A stretch of 64,000 nt of DNA from the NCBI GenBank assembly GCA_963733035.1, contig CAVTBU010000005.1, positions 1,600,001 to 1,664,000 on the forward strand. Reading direction: 5' to 3'. Origin of the DNA: Pirellulales bacterium. GTDB taxonomy: Bacteria; Planctomycetota; Planctomycetia; Pirellulales; PALSA-1355. A program made the position numbers and the translations under genes. Positions 41,862 to 52,117 of this stretch are shown here, piece by piece. Under the pieces are notes generated by a model, which made no database searches, was not told the origin of the DNA, and saw only the letters and a list, made by a program, of their open reading frames with translations. The stretch's first letter is position 1. Every line of letters begins with the position of its first letter.

Positions 41862-41883
41862 CAAAACGGTAAGTACCGTTTTG
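41862..41883. promoter_or_regulatory. Perfect inverted repeat upstream of the integrase remnant
   Basis: CAAAACGGTA-AG-TACCGTTTTG. Confidence 0.6.
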
Positions 41884-41907
41884 CGATCCTTCAACCGGAG
41901 TTCGCAC

Positions 41908-42142
41908 ATGCCGAAGCTGCTTTACGCAGCCCCCAAGTATTGCCTGTTTCGCGTCTCGGGACAGGCCATCGTGACTCTCAACGGGCACGACCACTTCCTG
42001 GGGCCGTGGAAGCCGAAGGCATCTCTCGTCGAGTATGACCGTCTCACGGGCGAGTGGCTGGCAAACGGCCGTGTGGTCTTCTCGTGGCGGCAGCGACGTG
42101 ACGATCGTTGAACTGGCCGGCCGCTACTGGGACCACGCGAAC
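41908..42142 (+). pseudogene. N-terminal remnant of a planctomycete-type tyrosine integrase
   Basis: GGAG RBS; MPKL..PKY..SGQAIVTLNGHDHFLGP..EYDRLTGEWLANGR, then frameshifted VTIVELAGRYWDHA; no catalytic domain; adjacent to the tRNA fragment. Confidence 0.8.
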
Positions 42143-42446
42143 TTGCGAGACGCTTTTTCCAATCGAGCTGGGCCTCTGCGAGGATTGGTTAGTGTTTCGC
42201 ATACTCGCGGTAGCGACTGGCGCACGAGCCGCGCGCAGTTACAATCATTCGTTGATTGAGCGACCTGGTGCAAGTAGGATCGAACGGCCCGCAACTTGTG
42301 TGGCCGGGCGGGCATTAGGATGGCGCGCCGTACGTCACGTGACGCACGATTCGGCACAAACCTGGCCGCACGAAGTTTAGTTGATTGCCGGGCGTGGCCG
42401 CCGCACGTGTGAGCGGATCAACTGTGAACATTGCTGATACCAACGA

Positions 42447-44084
42447 ATGATTGCGACCCCGCTTCGCCCGCTCGACATCGCCGCCGTTCTGGCGTATTTG
42501 CTGGGGATGGCGGCCGTGGGGCTCTATTTCGCACGTCGGAATACCAGCACCGAAGAGTATTTCGTAGGAAACCGGTCGTTCAAGGGCTGGGTCATAGGCC
42601 TCTCGATGTTGGGGACGACCGTCAGCTCGGTCACATTTTTGGCCTTTCCTGGCGATGCCTATGGTTCCGACTGGCGGAACCTGGTGAGTAACCTCACACT
42701 GCCGCTGGTTGCCATTTTCGCGATTGCGTTATTCATCCCGTTCTTTCGCCACGGCAACCTTACCTCGGCGTTCGAGTACTTGGAGCAGCGCTACGGTCCG
42801 ATCGTCCGTTTCTACGGAGTGGCCAGCTTCATCGTTGTACAGCTCATTCGACTGGCGCGAATTCTGTTCCTGGTTTCGCTGCCGGTGGCCCTGCTCACGG
42901 GAGCGTCTCTGTCGACGGTCATCGTCTGCACGGGCATCTTCATCGCGTTCTACACAATCGCCGGCGGAATCGAGGCCGTCATCTGGACCGACGTGGTGCA
43001 GTCGCTCGTTTTACTGGCGGGCGGACTGTTTTGCGTCGCGTTCATCGCGATCTCGCTGCCGGGGGGAATACCTCAGATCTTCGAAGTGGCCTCGGCACAC
43101 AACAAGTTCAACATGGGCGGCTTGAACCCCGAGAGCGAGGACGCGACGGCGAATCCGCGACAGACGTCGGATCCTGGCAGCCGCGTCGAGCCGCCACGTC
43201 GCGACGAATCCCTGCACGACAAGATCGCGTTTTTTCTGTCGAGGAAGACGCTGCTGGTGGTGGCGCTGCTGGGAATTTTCGAATGGCTGACGACCTACGC
43301 CTGCGACCAGACCGTGGTGCAGCGGTACGCGGCGGCCAAATCGATGCGCGAAGCCCGCAAGGCAACGGCCTTGTTTTCAGTGCTGGCCCTGCCGACGTGG
43401 GTGCTGTTCTTTTTTGTGGGCACGTGCGTTTACGTCTACTACCAGGCCTTCCCCGACCCTACCGTCGCGGCCCTCGGGGAGGTGGACGCCGTGTTTCCGC
43501 ATTTCATACTCACGCAATTGCCGGCCGGCATTGCGGGCCTTGTGATTGCGGGGGTACTGGCGGCGGCGATGTCGTCGCTCGACTCGAGCATCAACTCGAT
43601 TGCCACCGTCACGATCGTCGACTTGCTGAAACCATACCTGGCCAAGGGGCGCGACGACCGGTTTTACTTGCGGATGGCTCGCCTGACCGCGACGCTAGCC
43701 GCGGCTTTCATGATCGTCGGGGCGGTCGTTCTGGTCTACATACCAAAAGAAAGCATGAATAGTCTGACGTGGATTGTATCGTCGGTCTTCGGCGGCTGCC
43801 TGGTCGGGCTGTTCATGCTGGGCTTCTTCACGACACGTGTCGACTACGTCTCGGTGGTGATCGCGCTGGTGCCCTCCGTCGCGCTCAATGTGTACTTCAT
43901 GCTGAACGTTTCCGGCTGGCTACCCGCCGGCTTGCGCGTCGGCATCCACGAGTACTGGGTGACGATCCTGGTGAACCTGCTGTTCGTAACGCTGGCCTAC
44001 GCGGTCAGTCTCGTGCGTCGAGGCAAGCCGCCGCCGTCGGGATTGACCGTTTGGACCACCGGCCCACAAGCCGAGCAACCGTGA
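42447..44084 (+). CDS. Sodium:solute symporter family transporter
   Basis: EYFVGNR, SAFEYLEQRYG, GGIEAVIWTDVVQ, DQTVVQRY, AAAMSSLDS. Confidence 0.93.
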   Translation: MIATPLRPLDIAAVLAYLLGMAAVGLYFARRNTSTEEYFVGNRSFKGWVIGLSMLGTTVSSVTFLAFPGDAYGSDWRNLVSNLTLPLVAIFAIALFIPFFRHGNLTSAFEYLEQRYGPIVRFYGVASFIVVQLIRLARILFLVSLPVALLTGASLSTVIVCTGIFIAFYTIAGGIEAVIWTDVVQSLVLLAGGLFCVAFIAISLPGGIPQIFEVASAHNKFNMGGLNPESEDATANPRQTSDPGSRVEPPRRDESLHDKIAFFLSRKTLLVVALLGIFEWLTTYACDQTVVQRYAAAKSMREARKATALFSVLALPTWVLFFFVGTCVYVYYQAFPDPTVAALGEVDAVFPHFILTQLPAGIAGLVIAGVLAAAMSSLDSSINSIATVTIVDLLKPYLAKGRDDRFYLRMARLTATLAAAFMIVGAVVLVYIPKESMNSLTWIVSSVFGGCLVGLFMLGFFTTRVDYVSVVIALVPSVALNVYFMLNVSGWLPAGLRVGIHEYWVTILVNLLFVTLAYAVSLVRRGKPPPSGLTVWTTGPQAEQP

Positions 44085-44383
44085 AACACGCGCCGCAACC
44101 GGCGGCGATGATGGCGATCTGAATGCGACACTTTCGGATATCCGCTTGCGGAGGAATTCCTGGCACACAGCCATGACGATGAGCCCCACCTGCAATATCG
44201 ATGGAGCAACTGGACCTGGTCCACGGAGCTGATCAAGGGCGCTTCGTCGGACTTCCCTTCGATGTGGCCGTCTTCGTCGAGACGCATTTGCAGCCGTTCT
44301 ATCAAGAACGCTCGGTTGATTCGGCTGACGGGGAAGCATAACCTGGGATCACCAATTCCACGGCTTCCTCACGCGGCAAAACG

Positions 44384-45937
44384 ATGACGCTTCAGCGAAT
44401 CAACATCCTATTCTTGCTGCTTTTTGCTGCGATCTGCTGCCAGCAGGCGTGCCTTGGGCAAAATATAACGGTGATGGATCCTCGCACCGCCCGCGTCGAC
44501 CTGCCGGCTCCCGCGCCTCCCAATCCGATCGTGGTCGACAGTGCAAAACGTTTCTTTGCCGATGACTGGATGATTGAGCGTATGGTGCGGCTGACGCGAA
44601 CACTACACCCGATCAAGAAACACCCGGGCAGTCCGCTGTTGAAAGCCGAGATGCCATGGGAAAAGCCGTGCGTGCTGTTATATGGCAGTGTGATGTATGA
44701 TCCAGATCGCCAGGACGACCGGTTTCGGATGTGGTACTTGTGCTTCACGCCCCAATACAATGAGGATTACTCCGAGCGGCTGGCCAAGGATGGCCGGATT
44801 GCGTACGCGATTAGCAGCGATGGCCTTCACTGGAAGCGGCCAAACCTGGGGATTCACGAATACGACGGGAGCAAGAACAACAACATCGTCATTCCCGGTC
44901 CGTGGGGTGTCGCGAGCGTCCACTACGACCCCCGCGACCCGAATCCCCAGCAGCGCTACAAGGCCCAGGTTCGCTACAACGGACATCGCGCCTTCGTCTC
45001 GCCTGACGGCATACACTGGACCGACCGCGGTCCGATGAACTTGAGTGCATTCGATCGAACGTCCGTGCATTGGCATCCGGTTGATCAAAAATGGTTCGCG
45101 AGTACGAAGAACTGGTACAAGGTTCCTGGCGAGGAGGACCAACGCGGTCGAGGGTACGCCGAGAGCGACGATTTCTTTCACTGGGGGCCCGTTTCGTATA
45201 TGTGCGGCACGTCGCCGGACTCGGGTGAGATCGTGTATGGGTTGGAGCCGTTCTACTACGAGAGCATGTTCTTCGGCCTGTGGGACCGCTACCGGCACGA
45301 CCCCGATGGACTGTTAGATGTCCAGCTCGCGGTGAGCCACAACGGCCGGCATTGGACACGCCCCAGTGACGAGGCGTGGATCCCTTTGACGCCGTTGCCG
45401 GACGATTTCCGAAGAGCGACGTCGGCGCGTAGCCCCGAGACCGGCATCGACCCGTTCGACCCACGAGTCCCGTGGGACTATGCGAACAACAGCGGCAGCA
45501 TTCTCGGACCGCTGCGGGTGGGCGATGAGTTGTGGATGTACTACAGTGGCCGCGCGACCGACCATCGCAGCCGACCACACGTAGGAGCGATTGGTCTGGG
45601 GACATTACGACTGGATGGCTTCTTCTCACTCGACGCATCCGACTCGAGCGGTGTTCTGGTTACACGGCCGCTCCGTCTCGTAGGCGATCAGCTACATGTA
45701 AACGCAGATGCCGAAGGGGGAACACTGCGGGTCGCGATTCTCGACGAAGCGAACAAGACCATTGCGCCATACACGCTGGCGAACTGCCCACCCATTTCGA
45801 CGGATAGCGTTCGGCACCGCATCGAGTGGAACGGCGCGTCCGATCTGAGCGGAGTCGTTGGCAAGACGGTCCGCCTGAAGTTCGAGCTGACGCGCACCGC
45901 ACTATACGCAATCTGGACCGGCGAAGAACGCCGCTAG
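44384..45937 (+). CDS. Secreted beta-propeller glycoside-hydrolase-like protein
   Basis: Signal peptide; Asp-box-like SSDGLHW, SPDGIHW, SDDFFHW, SHNGRHW; LRLDGF; C-terminal beta-sandwich. Confidence 0.75.
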   Translation: MTLQRINILFLLLFAAICCQQACLGQNITVMDPRTARVDLPAPAPPNPIVVDSAKRFFADDWMIERMVRLTRTLHPIKKHPGSPLLKAEMPWEKPCVLLYGSVMYDPDRQDDRFRMWYLCFTPQYNEDYSERLAKDGRIAYAISSDGLHWKRPNLGIHEYDGSKNNNIVIPGPWGVASVHYDPRDPNPQQRYKAQVRYNGHRAFVSPDGIHWTDRGPMNLSAFDRTSVHWHPVDQKWFASTKNWYKVPGEEDQRGRGYAESDDFFHWGPVSYMCGTSPDSGEIVYGLEPFYYESMFFGLWDRYRHDPDGLLDVQLAVSHNGRHWTRPSDEAWIPLTPLPDDFRRATSARSPETGIDPFDPRVPWDYANNSGSILGPLRVGDELWMYYSGRATDHRSRPHVGAIGLGTLRLDGFFSLDASDSSGVLVTRPLRLVGDQLHVNADAEGGTLRVAILDEANKTIAPYTLANCPPISTDSVRHRIEWNGASDLSGVVGKTVRLKFELTRTALYAIWTGEERR

Positions 45938-46124
45938 AGCCTTGTTCTTGCTGGCCCGCGGACGCCGCCGCATGGGTGTCTGGGAGTTTCGACTTCGTCT
46001 TGGTCCGGTTTGGATGGTGGCTTTCCCATGGATGTCGGACCGAAGCGTGCTCTGTTGCAAGAAATTGAGAGTCGCGTACGGAGGGCTTGGTCGTAGAACT
46101 GCGACATTCTCGCCAGACACCGCA

Positions 46125-47496
46125 CTAGCTGGCGCCGCGGAATTGCAGAATCACGCTGGCAACCACGCACGTGCCGATGATTGCCACTGACAATAGAAGC
46201 AGCGCGGCAGTGGGTTTGCTCATCTGCACGCGACGATCGGTGCGAAAGGCCATCCAGCAAATTGCCACCATCAACAACGGTGTCGTCAACAAACCCGAAA
46301 AGTATTGTCCGAAGATCACCAGCCTCTCCGGCGCGGGGCCCGCCAGGAAGATGATGCCCAGAAACGCCACCAGATACACCGACTGCACGGCCCGCCAACA
46401 TCGTCGCTGCACTGTGGCGTCGCCGCGGCTGATCCAGCCGAAGCTTGCCAGCATGTCGCACCACATGCGGGCGAACGCGGCCGTGCCCACGATCAACGTC
46501 GAGAATAGCGTGCAAAGGGCGCCAGCCAGGAACAGGTCTTTGGACCACGCGCCGTAGGTGCTCGTGTACATCGAAGAGAGACGCTCGATGATCCCGTCGC
46601 CGGTCAGTTGTTCGTTTCGTCCGTAAAATACGGCGCCGCCGATCAAAAAGTAGCCCAGCGTCGTCACGGTGGCCAATGCCGTGCAGGTGAACACGTCGAC
46701 CTGCAGCACGCGAATCCAACCGCGCGCGACGCAGCCAAGCGTCGTCGTCACCCGTCCCCACGTGTTTGGCGTAGCCTTTTTCCAGAACCCAATAGGGGTA
46801 CATGAACAGTTCGTTTCCGGTCGCCCCAAGCGCACCCATCAAGCTCACCACCGCAACCGCCGCCAGATGAACGTCGTTCTTGCCAAACGAAAATGTCATC
46901 CCGGACAAAACTTGCTCGCTGCTGATGCGAAACGTCGTGCCTTGAATCAGCACCAGTCCAACCACGACGCTCAGGCTGAAAACGCCCACCAACACACCGA
47001 TCATCTTTTCCAGGACGTTGTACGTGCCGCGCCACAGGATCACGAAGGAAACGGCGAACACGACGAGCGTCCACAAGTCGACGCTGCGGGACTCGGCGGT
47101 CGAAAACGGCAGGACCACGTGCAATAGCCCGGCCGTGGCGCGGAGAATACCGGCGAGCGACGCCGCGGTAAGTAACGATCCGAGCACGAACACGGTTCCG
47201 ATCCACGACGTGCCGCGCCATTTCGGGCCCGGCAGCGCGTTGAGCGCGTCAAACGGAGTTCGATTGTGCACTAATGCGTGGCGGCCGATTTCAACCTGCA
47301 GAAAGCACTTGAGGATGCAGGACAGGAGCACCGCCCAGAGCAGCACGAAACCAAATCGCGCCGCCTGCACGGGCGTGTTGATTAGCTCGCCCGAGCCAAT
47401 CACGGAACCTGTGACGACGATTCCCGGCCCAATGGCCAATAGAATTCCGCCGGGCCGTGTTGGCGCCGGCAAGTATCGTTCGCTTGGGTTGCTCAT
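46125..47496 (-). CDS. NRAMP-superfamily transporter; frameshift at ~46725
   Basis: IGPGIVVTGSVIGSGEL, FGFVLLW, YPYWVLEKGY, LFSTL; frames join at a CG repeat. Confidence 0.85.
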
Positions 47497-48326
47497 CCGC
47501 CCGATGATCCCAGTTGCGGTTGCCTGGCAATCGGTCGCCCATTGGCTGGCGTCGACTGTGCCGCCCGCAACTGTTCAACCGCGGCCTTCGCCGCGTGTTG
47601 CAAGTGAATTTCGTCGGTGGCGTAGGAAGCGAAACGCATTCCACGTGCGATCCAATCGGAAACCGTTGACATATCCGGCGAAATAATGCCAGGTGCGACG
47701 CGGCGCCGGTCGGCCACCTCGATCAGCCGCTCGACGGCGCCAACGGCCTGGGGGTGCCGCAATTGTCCGGCGATGCCCATATCGACGGTCAGATCCATAA
47801 AACCCAGACAAGCGACGTCGACGCCGTCGATTGCCAGCATCGCCTCGAGATTGTCGACGGCCTCTCGTCGTTCGATCTGAATCACCAGCAGCGTTTCTCG
47901 GTTGGCCGCTCGAATGAATTCATCGATGTCCACAGCTCGTCCGTCGGTTTGGGCCGTAGTGCAGGCAAACCCTCGCACGCCGTCGGGCGGATAACGAACC
48001 CAGCTCACGATCTGCTCGACCTGTTGGGGCGTATTCACGCGGGGCACGATCACTCCTCGGGCCCCGGCATCGAGCACGCGAGCGATGAAGGCATATTCAG
48101 CCTGCGGAACGCGCACGATGGGCACAATATCGGCCACGCGCACTGCCTGGATCATGTCGGACACCGTTTCCATGCTGAAACTGGTGTGTTCCATGTCGAT
48201 AAACGCGAAATCGAAACCAGCCGTCGCGTAGATACGCGCAATGTCCGGCGATCGCAACCTCGAAATCTCGCTGCCGAGGGCAACTCCGCCAGCCCGCAGA
48301 GTACGTTTGACTTGGTTTGGTTTCAT
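47493..48326 (-). CDS. HpcH/HpaI aldolase family protein
   Basis: GFDFAFIDMEH, LDAGARGVIVP, RYPPDGVRG, QIE. Confidence 0.92.
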   Translation of the reverse strand: MKPNQVKRTLRAGGVALGSEISRLRSPDIARIYATAGFDFAFIDMEHTSFSMETVSDMIQAVRVADIVPIVRVPQAEYAFIARVLDAGARGVIVPRVNTPQQVEQIVSWVRYPPDGVRGFACTTAQTDGRAVDIDEFIRAANRETLLVIQIERREAVDNLEAMLAIDGVDVACLGFMDLTVDMGIAGQLRHPQAVGAVERLIEVADRRRVAPGIISPDMSTVSDWIARGMRFASYATDEIHLQHAAKAAVEQLRAAQSTPANGRPIARQPQLGSSGG

Positions 48327-48408
48327 GGGGACCTGCGCAGTTGACCTATGCGGATAACAGACGACCGTCAGCTTGATGTCTTGAGACTAAGCGGCGGCTG
48401 AGTTTGGT

Positions 48409-49833
48409 TCAAGCGATCAATCCCGGCAGCAGGACTCCGCGCGATGCGGGAAGCGGTCGGCCTTGGGAATCGTGAAGCTCCGCGTCCGGCGGAACTCCCA
48501 GCAGGTGCAGAATCGTCTGCGCCAGGTCGTGAGGAGCCACGGGGTGTTCGTTCGGTTCGGCAGCCGTGCGGTTGGAGGATCCAAATAAACTGCCTCCGCT
48601 AATTCCGGCTCCGGCCAGCAAAATCGATTGCACGTGCGGCCAATGGTCGCGCCCGGCGTCTTGATTGAGCCGCGGGCTGCGCCCGAATTCTCCCATCACG
48701 ACCACCAGTGTATCGTCCAACAAACCGCGCTCGTCCAGATCCGCGAACAGCGCTGACAGCGCTCGATCCGTGGGAGGCACCAGGCGCTCGCGCATGTGGT
48801 GATAGATTCGACCGTGCGAATCGTATTCTCCGCCCCCTGGCCCCGCTGGTTCTGGATCGATCCAATACACGGTCGCCAGCCGAACGCCCGCCTCGATCAG
48901 TCGGCGCGCCAGCAGCACACCCTGCCCGAACAGGTGCCGGCCATAGCGGTCACGCGTGGCGTCTGACTCGGCGTGCAAGTTAAATGCGTTACGCACATCC
49001 GGTGAGCTTAGCAGCGAGAAAGCTTGTTCGTAGAAAGTCGCCAGATGATCGAACGGGCCACCGAGCGGCCGGGCCGGCGTACGTCGATTCAATTGCGCCA
49101 ACAATGAGTGTCGACCGCCGAGCCGATCCGCGTTCACTTCTCCCGGCAACGCCAGCGCCGGCGCCGAGAACTCGGCCGTCTGCTTGTTTCCTTGCGCGAC
49201 GAACGGGTCGAACTGCCGTCCCAAGAAGCCTGCGTTCTGGCCCGGCCAGATGCCGTCGACCGGCGGCGCTTCAAACAGCCTGGGCATGGTTACGAAAGCC
49301 GGCAGTCCGCGATCGGCGCCGCGAAATTTCGCGACAATGGAACCCAAGTGCGGATGGTCCGTCGGCAACGCGCGGGTTTGATCCACGATCGGCGTGCTAT
49401 GAATCGTGCCGGTCAGCATCGTGTAAACACCCGTGGTGTGCACCGAGCAGGGGTGAGTCACGGAACGCACGATCTTGAATCGATGGACCTGTTGGGCCAA
49501 CAGCGGCAACAGCTCGCTGATTTGAATGCCCGGCGTGTTGGTGGCGATCGGCTTTAGTTCGCCGCGAATTTCGGCAGGCGCCTCGGGCTTCATATCCCAA
49601 AGGTCAAGTTGAGATGGTCCGCCGTTGAGAAATACCAGGATGCAGCGCTTTGCGCGGCCGAACGATGCAGGCATAGACGACGCGCAGGCCGGTTGAGCGC
49701 GAATCAGCGACGGCAAACCAAGTCCCATGCCACCCAGCGCCCCCAGCCGCAGAAACTCGCGGCGGAACCAGTGTCGCGCAATGCGTGGCGACTGTGGTGC
49801 GTGTTGCACGGCGTTTTCGCGCTGAGGTGTCAT
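48409..49833 (-). CDS. DUF1501 protein with Tat-like signal
   Basis: RREFL, GGPSQLDLWDMKP, LLARRLIEAG, GEFGRSP, GRDHW. Confidence 0.92.
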   Translation of the reverse strand: MTPQRENAVQHAPQSPRIARHWFRREFLRLGALGGMGLGLPSLIRAQPACASSMPASFGRAKRCILVFLNGGPSQLDLWDMKPEAPAEIRGELKPIATNTPGIQISELLPLLAQQVHRFKIVRSVTHPCSVHTTGVYTMLTGTIHSTPIVDQTRALPTDHPHLGSIVAKFRGADRGLPAFVTMPRLFEAPPVDGIWPGQNAGFLGRQFDPFVAQGNKQTAEFSAPALALPGEVNADRLGGRHSLLAQLNRRTPARPLGGPFDHLATFYEQAFSLLSSPDVRNAFNLHAESDATRDRYGRHLFGQGVLLARRLIEAGVRLATVYWIDPEPAGPGGGEYDSHGRIYHHMRERLVPPTDRALSALFADLDERGLLDDTLVVVMGEFGRSPRLNQDAGRDHWPHVQSILLAGAGISGGSLFGSSNRTAAEPNEHPVAPHDLAQTILHLLGVPPDAELHDSQGRPLPASRGVLLPGLIA

Positions 49834-50489
49834 TGTCTCGTCATCCGGGAGACCTGCAGCTCCATCGAACGAACACAGTGCTGGCGCATCGCCTCCTCGG
49901 CCCGCTGGGCGTCGCGGGACTGGATCTCCTCGACCAGATGCACATGCTGCAGCGCCGGCCGCTCGACATCATGGGCCAGCATGCTGCCGCGTGCGAGCAT
50001 GCGTACCAATTGATTTGCCCGCAGCACTTCGACCAGGATTGCCGTGCCAGCCAGTTCGGCAATTTGCAAGTGAAACTGGGAGTCCAAACCGTGGATCTGG
50101 TCTGGTTCGGCATGCGAATCGATCCGGCGATCGAGCTCCGTCGCCAGGTTGAGCAACTCGGCCAGTTGGGCATCGGAAGCGGTTGTCGCGCAACGACGGG
50201 CTGCCTCGCATTCCACCGCTGTGCGTAGCACATGTTGACCGCGCAGCGCGTCGGCAGTCATCTTCCGCACACGTGTCCCCCAGCCAGGCTCGCTTTCCAC
50301 TAGTCCATCACGCGATAACTCACGCAGTGCCTCGCCGACAGGCGCCATGCTCATTCCCAGCGAGTTGGCCATGCCGCGGAGCGAGAGACGTTGCCCAGGC
50401 TGTAACCGCCCGGCGAGGATTTGATCGCGGAGCTCGAAGTAGGCTTGCCGGCTTAGCGTAAGCGATTTTGTTACATCAGCTTGTGGCAT
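49830..50489 (-). CDS. GntR/FCD transcriptional regulator
   Basis: wHTH (LRDQILAGRLQPGQRL..VGEALRELSRDGLV) and FCD (DSQFH..QHVHLVE). Confidence 0.92.
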   Translation of the reverse strand: MPQADVTKSLTLSRQAYFELRDQILAGRLQPGQRLSLRGMANSLGMSMAPVGEALRELSRDGLVESEPGWGTRVRKMTADALRGQHVLRTAVECEAARRCATTASDAQLAELLNLATELDRRIDSHAEPDQIHGLDSQFHLQIAELAGTAILVEVLRANQLVRMLARGSMLAHDVERPALQHVHLVEEIQSRDAQRAEEAMRQHCVRSMELQVSRMTRQ

Positions 50490-50534
50490 CAGGACTCACG
50501 TTTTTTGGGTCGCGTACTTGCAACGTTCGATCAG

Positions 50535-50544
50535 TGTTATAACA
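50535..50544. promoter_or_regulatory. Candidate GntR operator
   Basis: Perfect palindrome TGTTATAACA between the divergent gntR and DUF1501 genes. Confidence 0.55.
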
Positions 50545-50608
50545 TAGGCGTTAGCCCGCCCAATCGTCAACCACCAGCCAGCCGGAATTCTTCGATCCAG
50601 GTTTCACA

Positions 50609-52098
50609 ATGACCGATCCACTTGGCAACCCCTTGCCCGAACCAGAGGGTATTAGCCGCCGCCGCTTTCTGCGGGCTGGACCGGCCGGGCTCGCGGCATT
50701 GGGTGCTGCCAATCTATTCGACCCGGCGGCGGCGATGGCCTCGGCGGCATCCCACAAGCCGCGAGCAAAGTCGGTCATTATCTTGTACTTGTATGGCGCG
50801 CCGAGCCAGATGGACACGCTCGACCCCAAGCCGAACGCGCCGCTCGAGCGGCGCGGCGAGTTCAAGTCCATCTCCAGCAGCCTGCCCGGCATTGCCGTTT
50901 CTGAGCTGCTGCCCAATATCGCGAAGAATCTTCACCGCGTCGCGCTGGTGCGTTCAATGACGCACACGTCCAACAACCACGCGGTTTCGGTGGCGCTGTC
51001 TGGCTTGTCCAAGTCGTTGCCGGAAATCGAAGGGAACGGGCGTGACCCACGGCATCAACCCTATATTGGCTCGGTGCTTGAGTACTTGTGGAAGCAACAG
51101 GGCATCAGCATGCTCGACAGCGGCATCCCGGTGAACATGGTGCTGCCCTGGGCGCTCAACGAAAAGACCGGCCCCGGACGCTGGCAACACGACGGCGCAT
51201 GGTTGGGATTGCAGTACAACCCGATCATTCCGATGTTCGTTGGCAAAGGTTCGCTTGAGGTCGGCTCTCCGTCGATCGCGGGCAGCACGCCGATCCTGAC
51301 GCGTTTCGATCCCTGGGATGGGATAACTCCCGAAAGCACGTTTCAATTCGAGGGGACGGATTTCCCAGCAGGCGTTTCCGCGTCGCGATTTGCACGCCGG
51401 CAGGAGTTGCTTCGGTCGCTCACGGTCGCCGAGCGCCGGGTCGGATCGGCCGTGAACACGTTCGATCAATGCCGCGATTTGGCCTTTGCCATGATTGCCA
51501 ACCCCAAGGTCGCGCATGCGCTGGACGTGACGCGTGAACCGACTTCGGTGCGCGAGAAGTATGGCTGCACGTTATTTGGCCAGTCGGCTTTGACGGCGCG
51601 GCGACTCGTAGAAACCGGCGTGAAGTTCGTTACGGTTTTCTGGGACACCTGGACCGACAACAATGCCGCCTGGGATACGCACCACAACCATCATCCCCGT
51701 CTAAAGGACGGACTCTGCCCCAAGCTGGACCAGATCCTCCCGGTATTTCTCGACGACATGGAGCAGCGAGGGCTGTTGGACGACACCTTGGTCATGGTCA
51801 TCAGTGAGCACGGCCGGACGCCCACTTTGGGAAACTCGCCTGGCGGAGGTCGCGAACATTGGGCGGGCACTATTGGGGCATGTTCTTTGGCGCCGGAATC
51901 AAAACGGGCCAGGTAATCGGCTCGACCGACCGAGACGGGGGATATCCGGCGAGTTGTCCGACGGACCCGAAAGATATCCTGGCAACGATGTACCACCTGC
52001 TTGGCTTCGACCCGCATTACACCACGGTTCCCGACCGGCTCAACCGACCCATCCACATCATTCCGCATGGCGAGGTTGTTCGGCAGCTCTTGGAATAG
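50609..52098 (+). CDS. DUF1501 protein with Tat-like signal; frameshift at ~51870
   Basis: SRRRFL, GAPSQMDTLDPKP, ARRLVETG, WDTH, EHGRTP, GREHW; C-terminus in ORF 51859..52098. Confidence 0.9.
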
Positions 52099-52117
52099 GC
52101 CGGCGTGGTGAGCCGTT

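Noticed and set aside
44255..44310. Minus-strand LIERLQMRLDEDGHIE, resembling an IS5-family transposase fragment
   Set aside because: Only about 16 residues, with no inverted repeats or further homology visible
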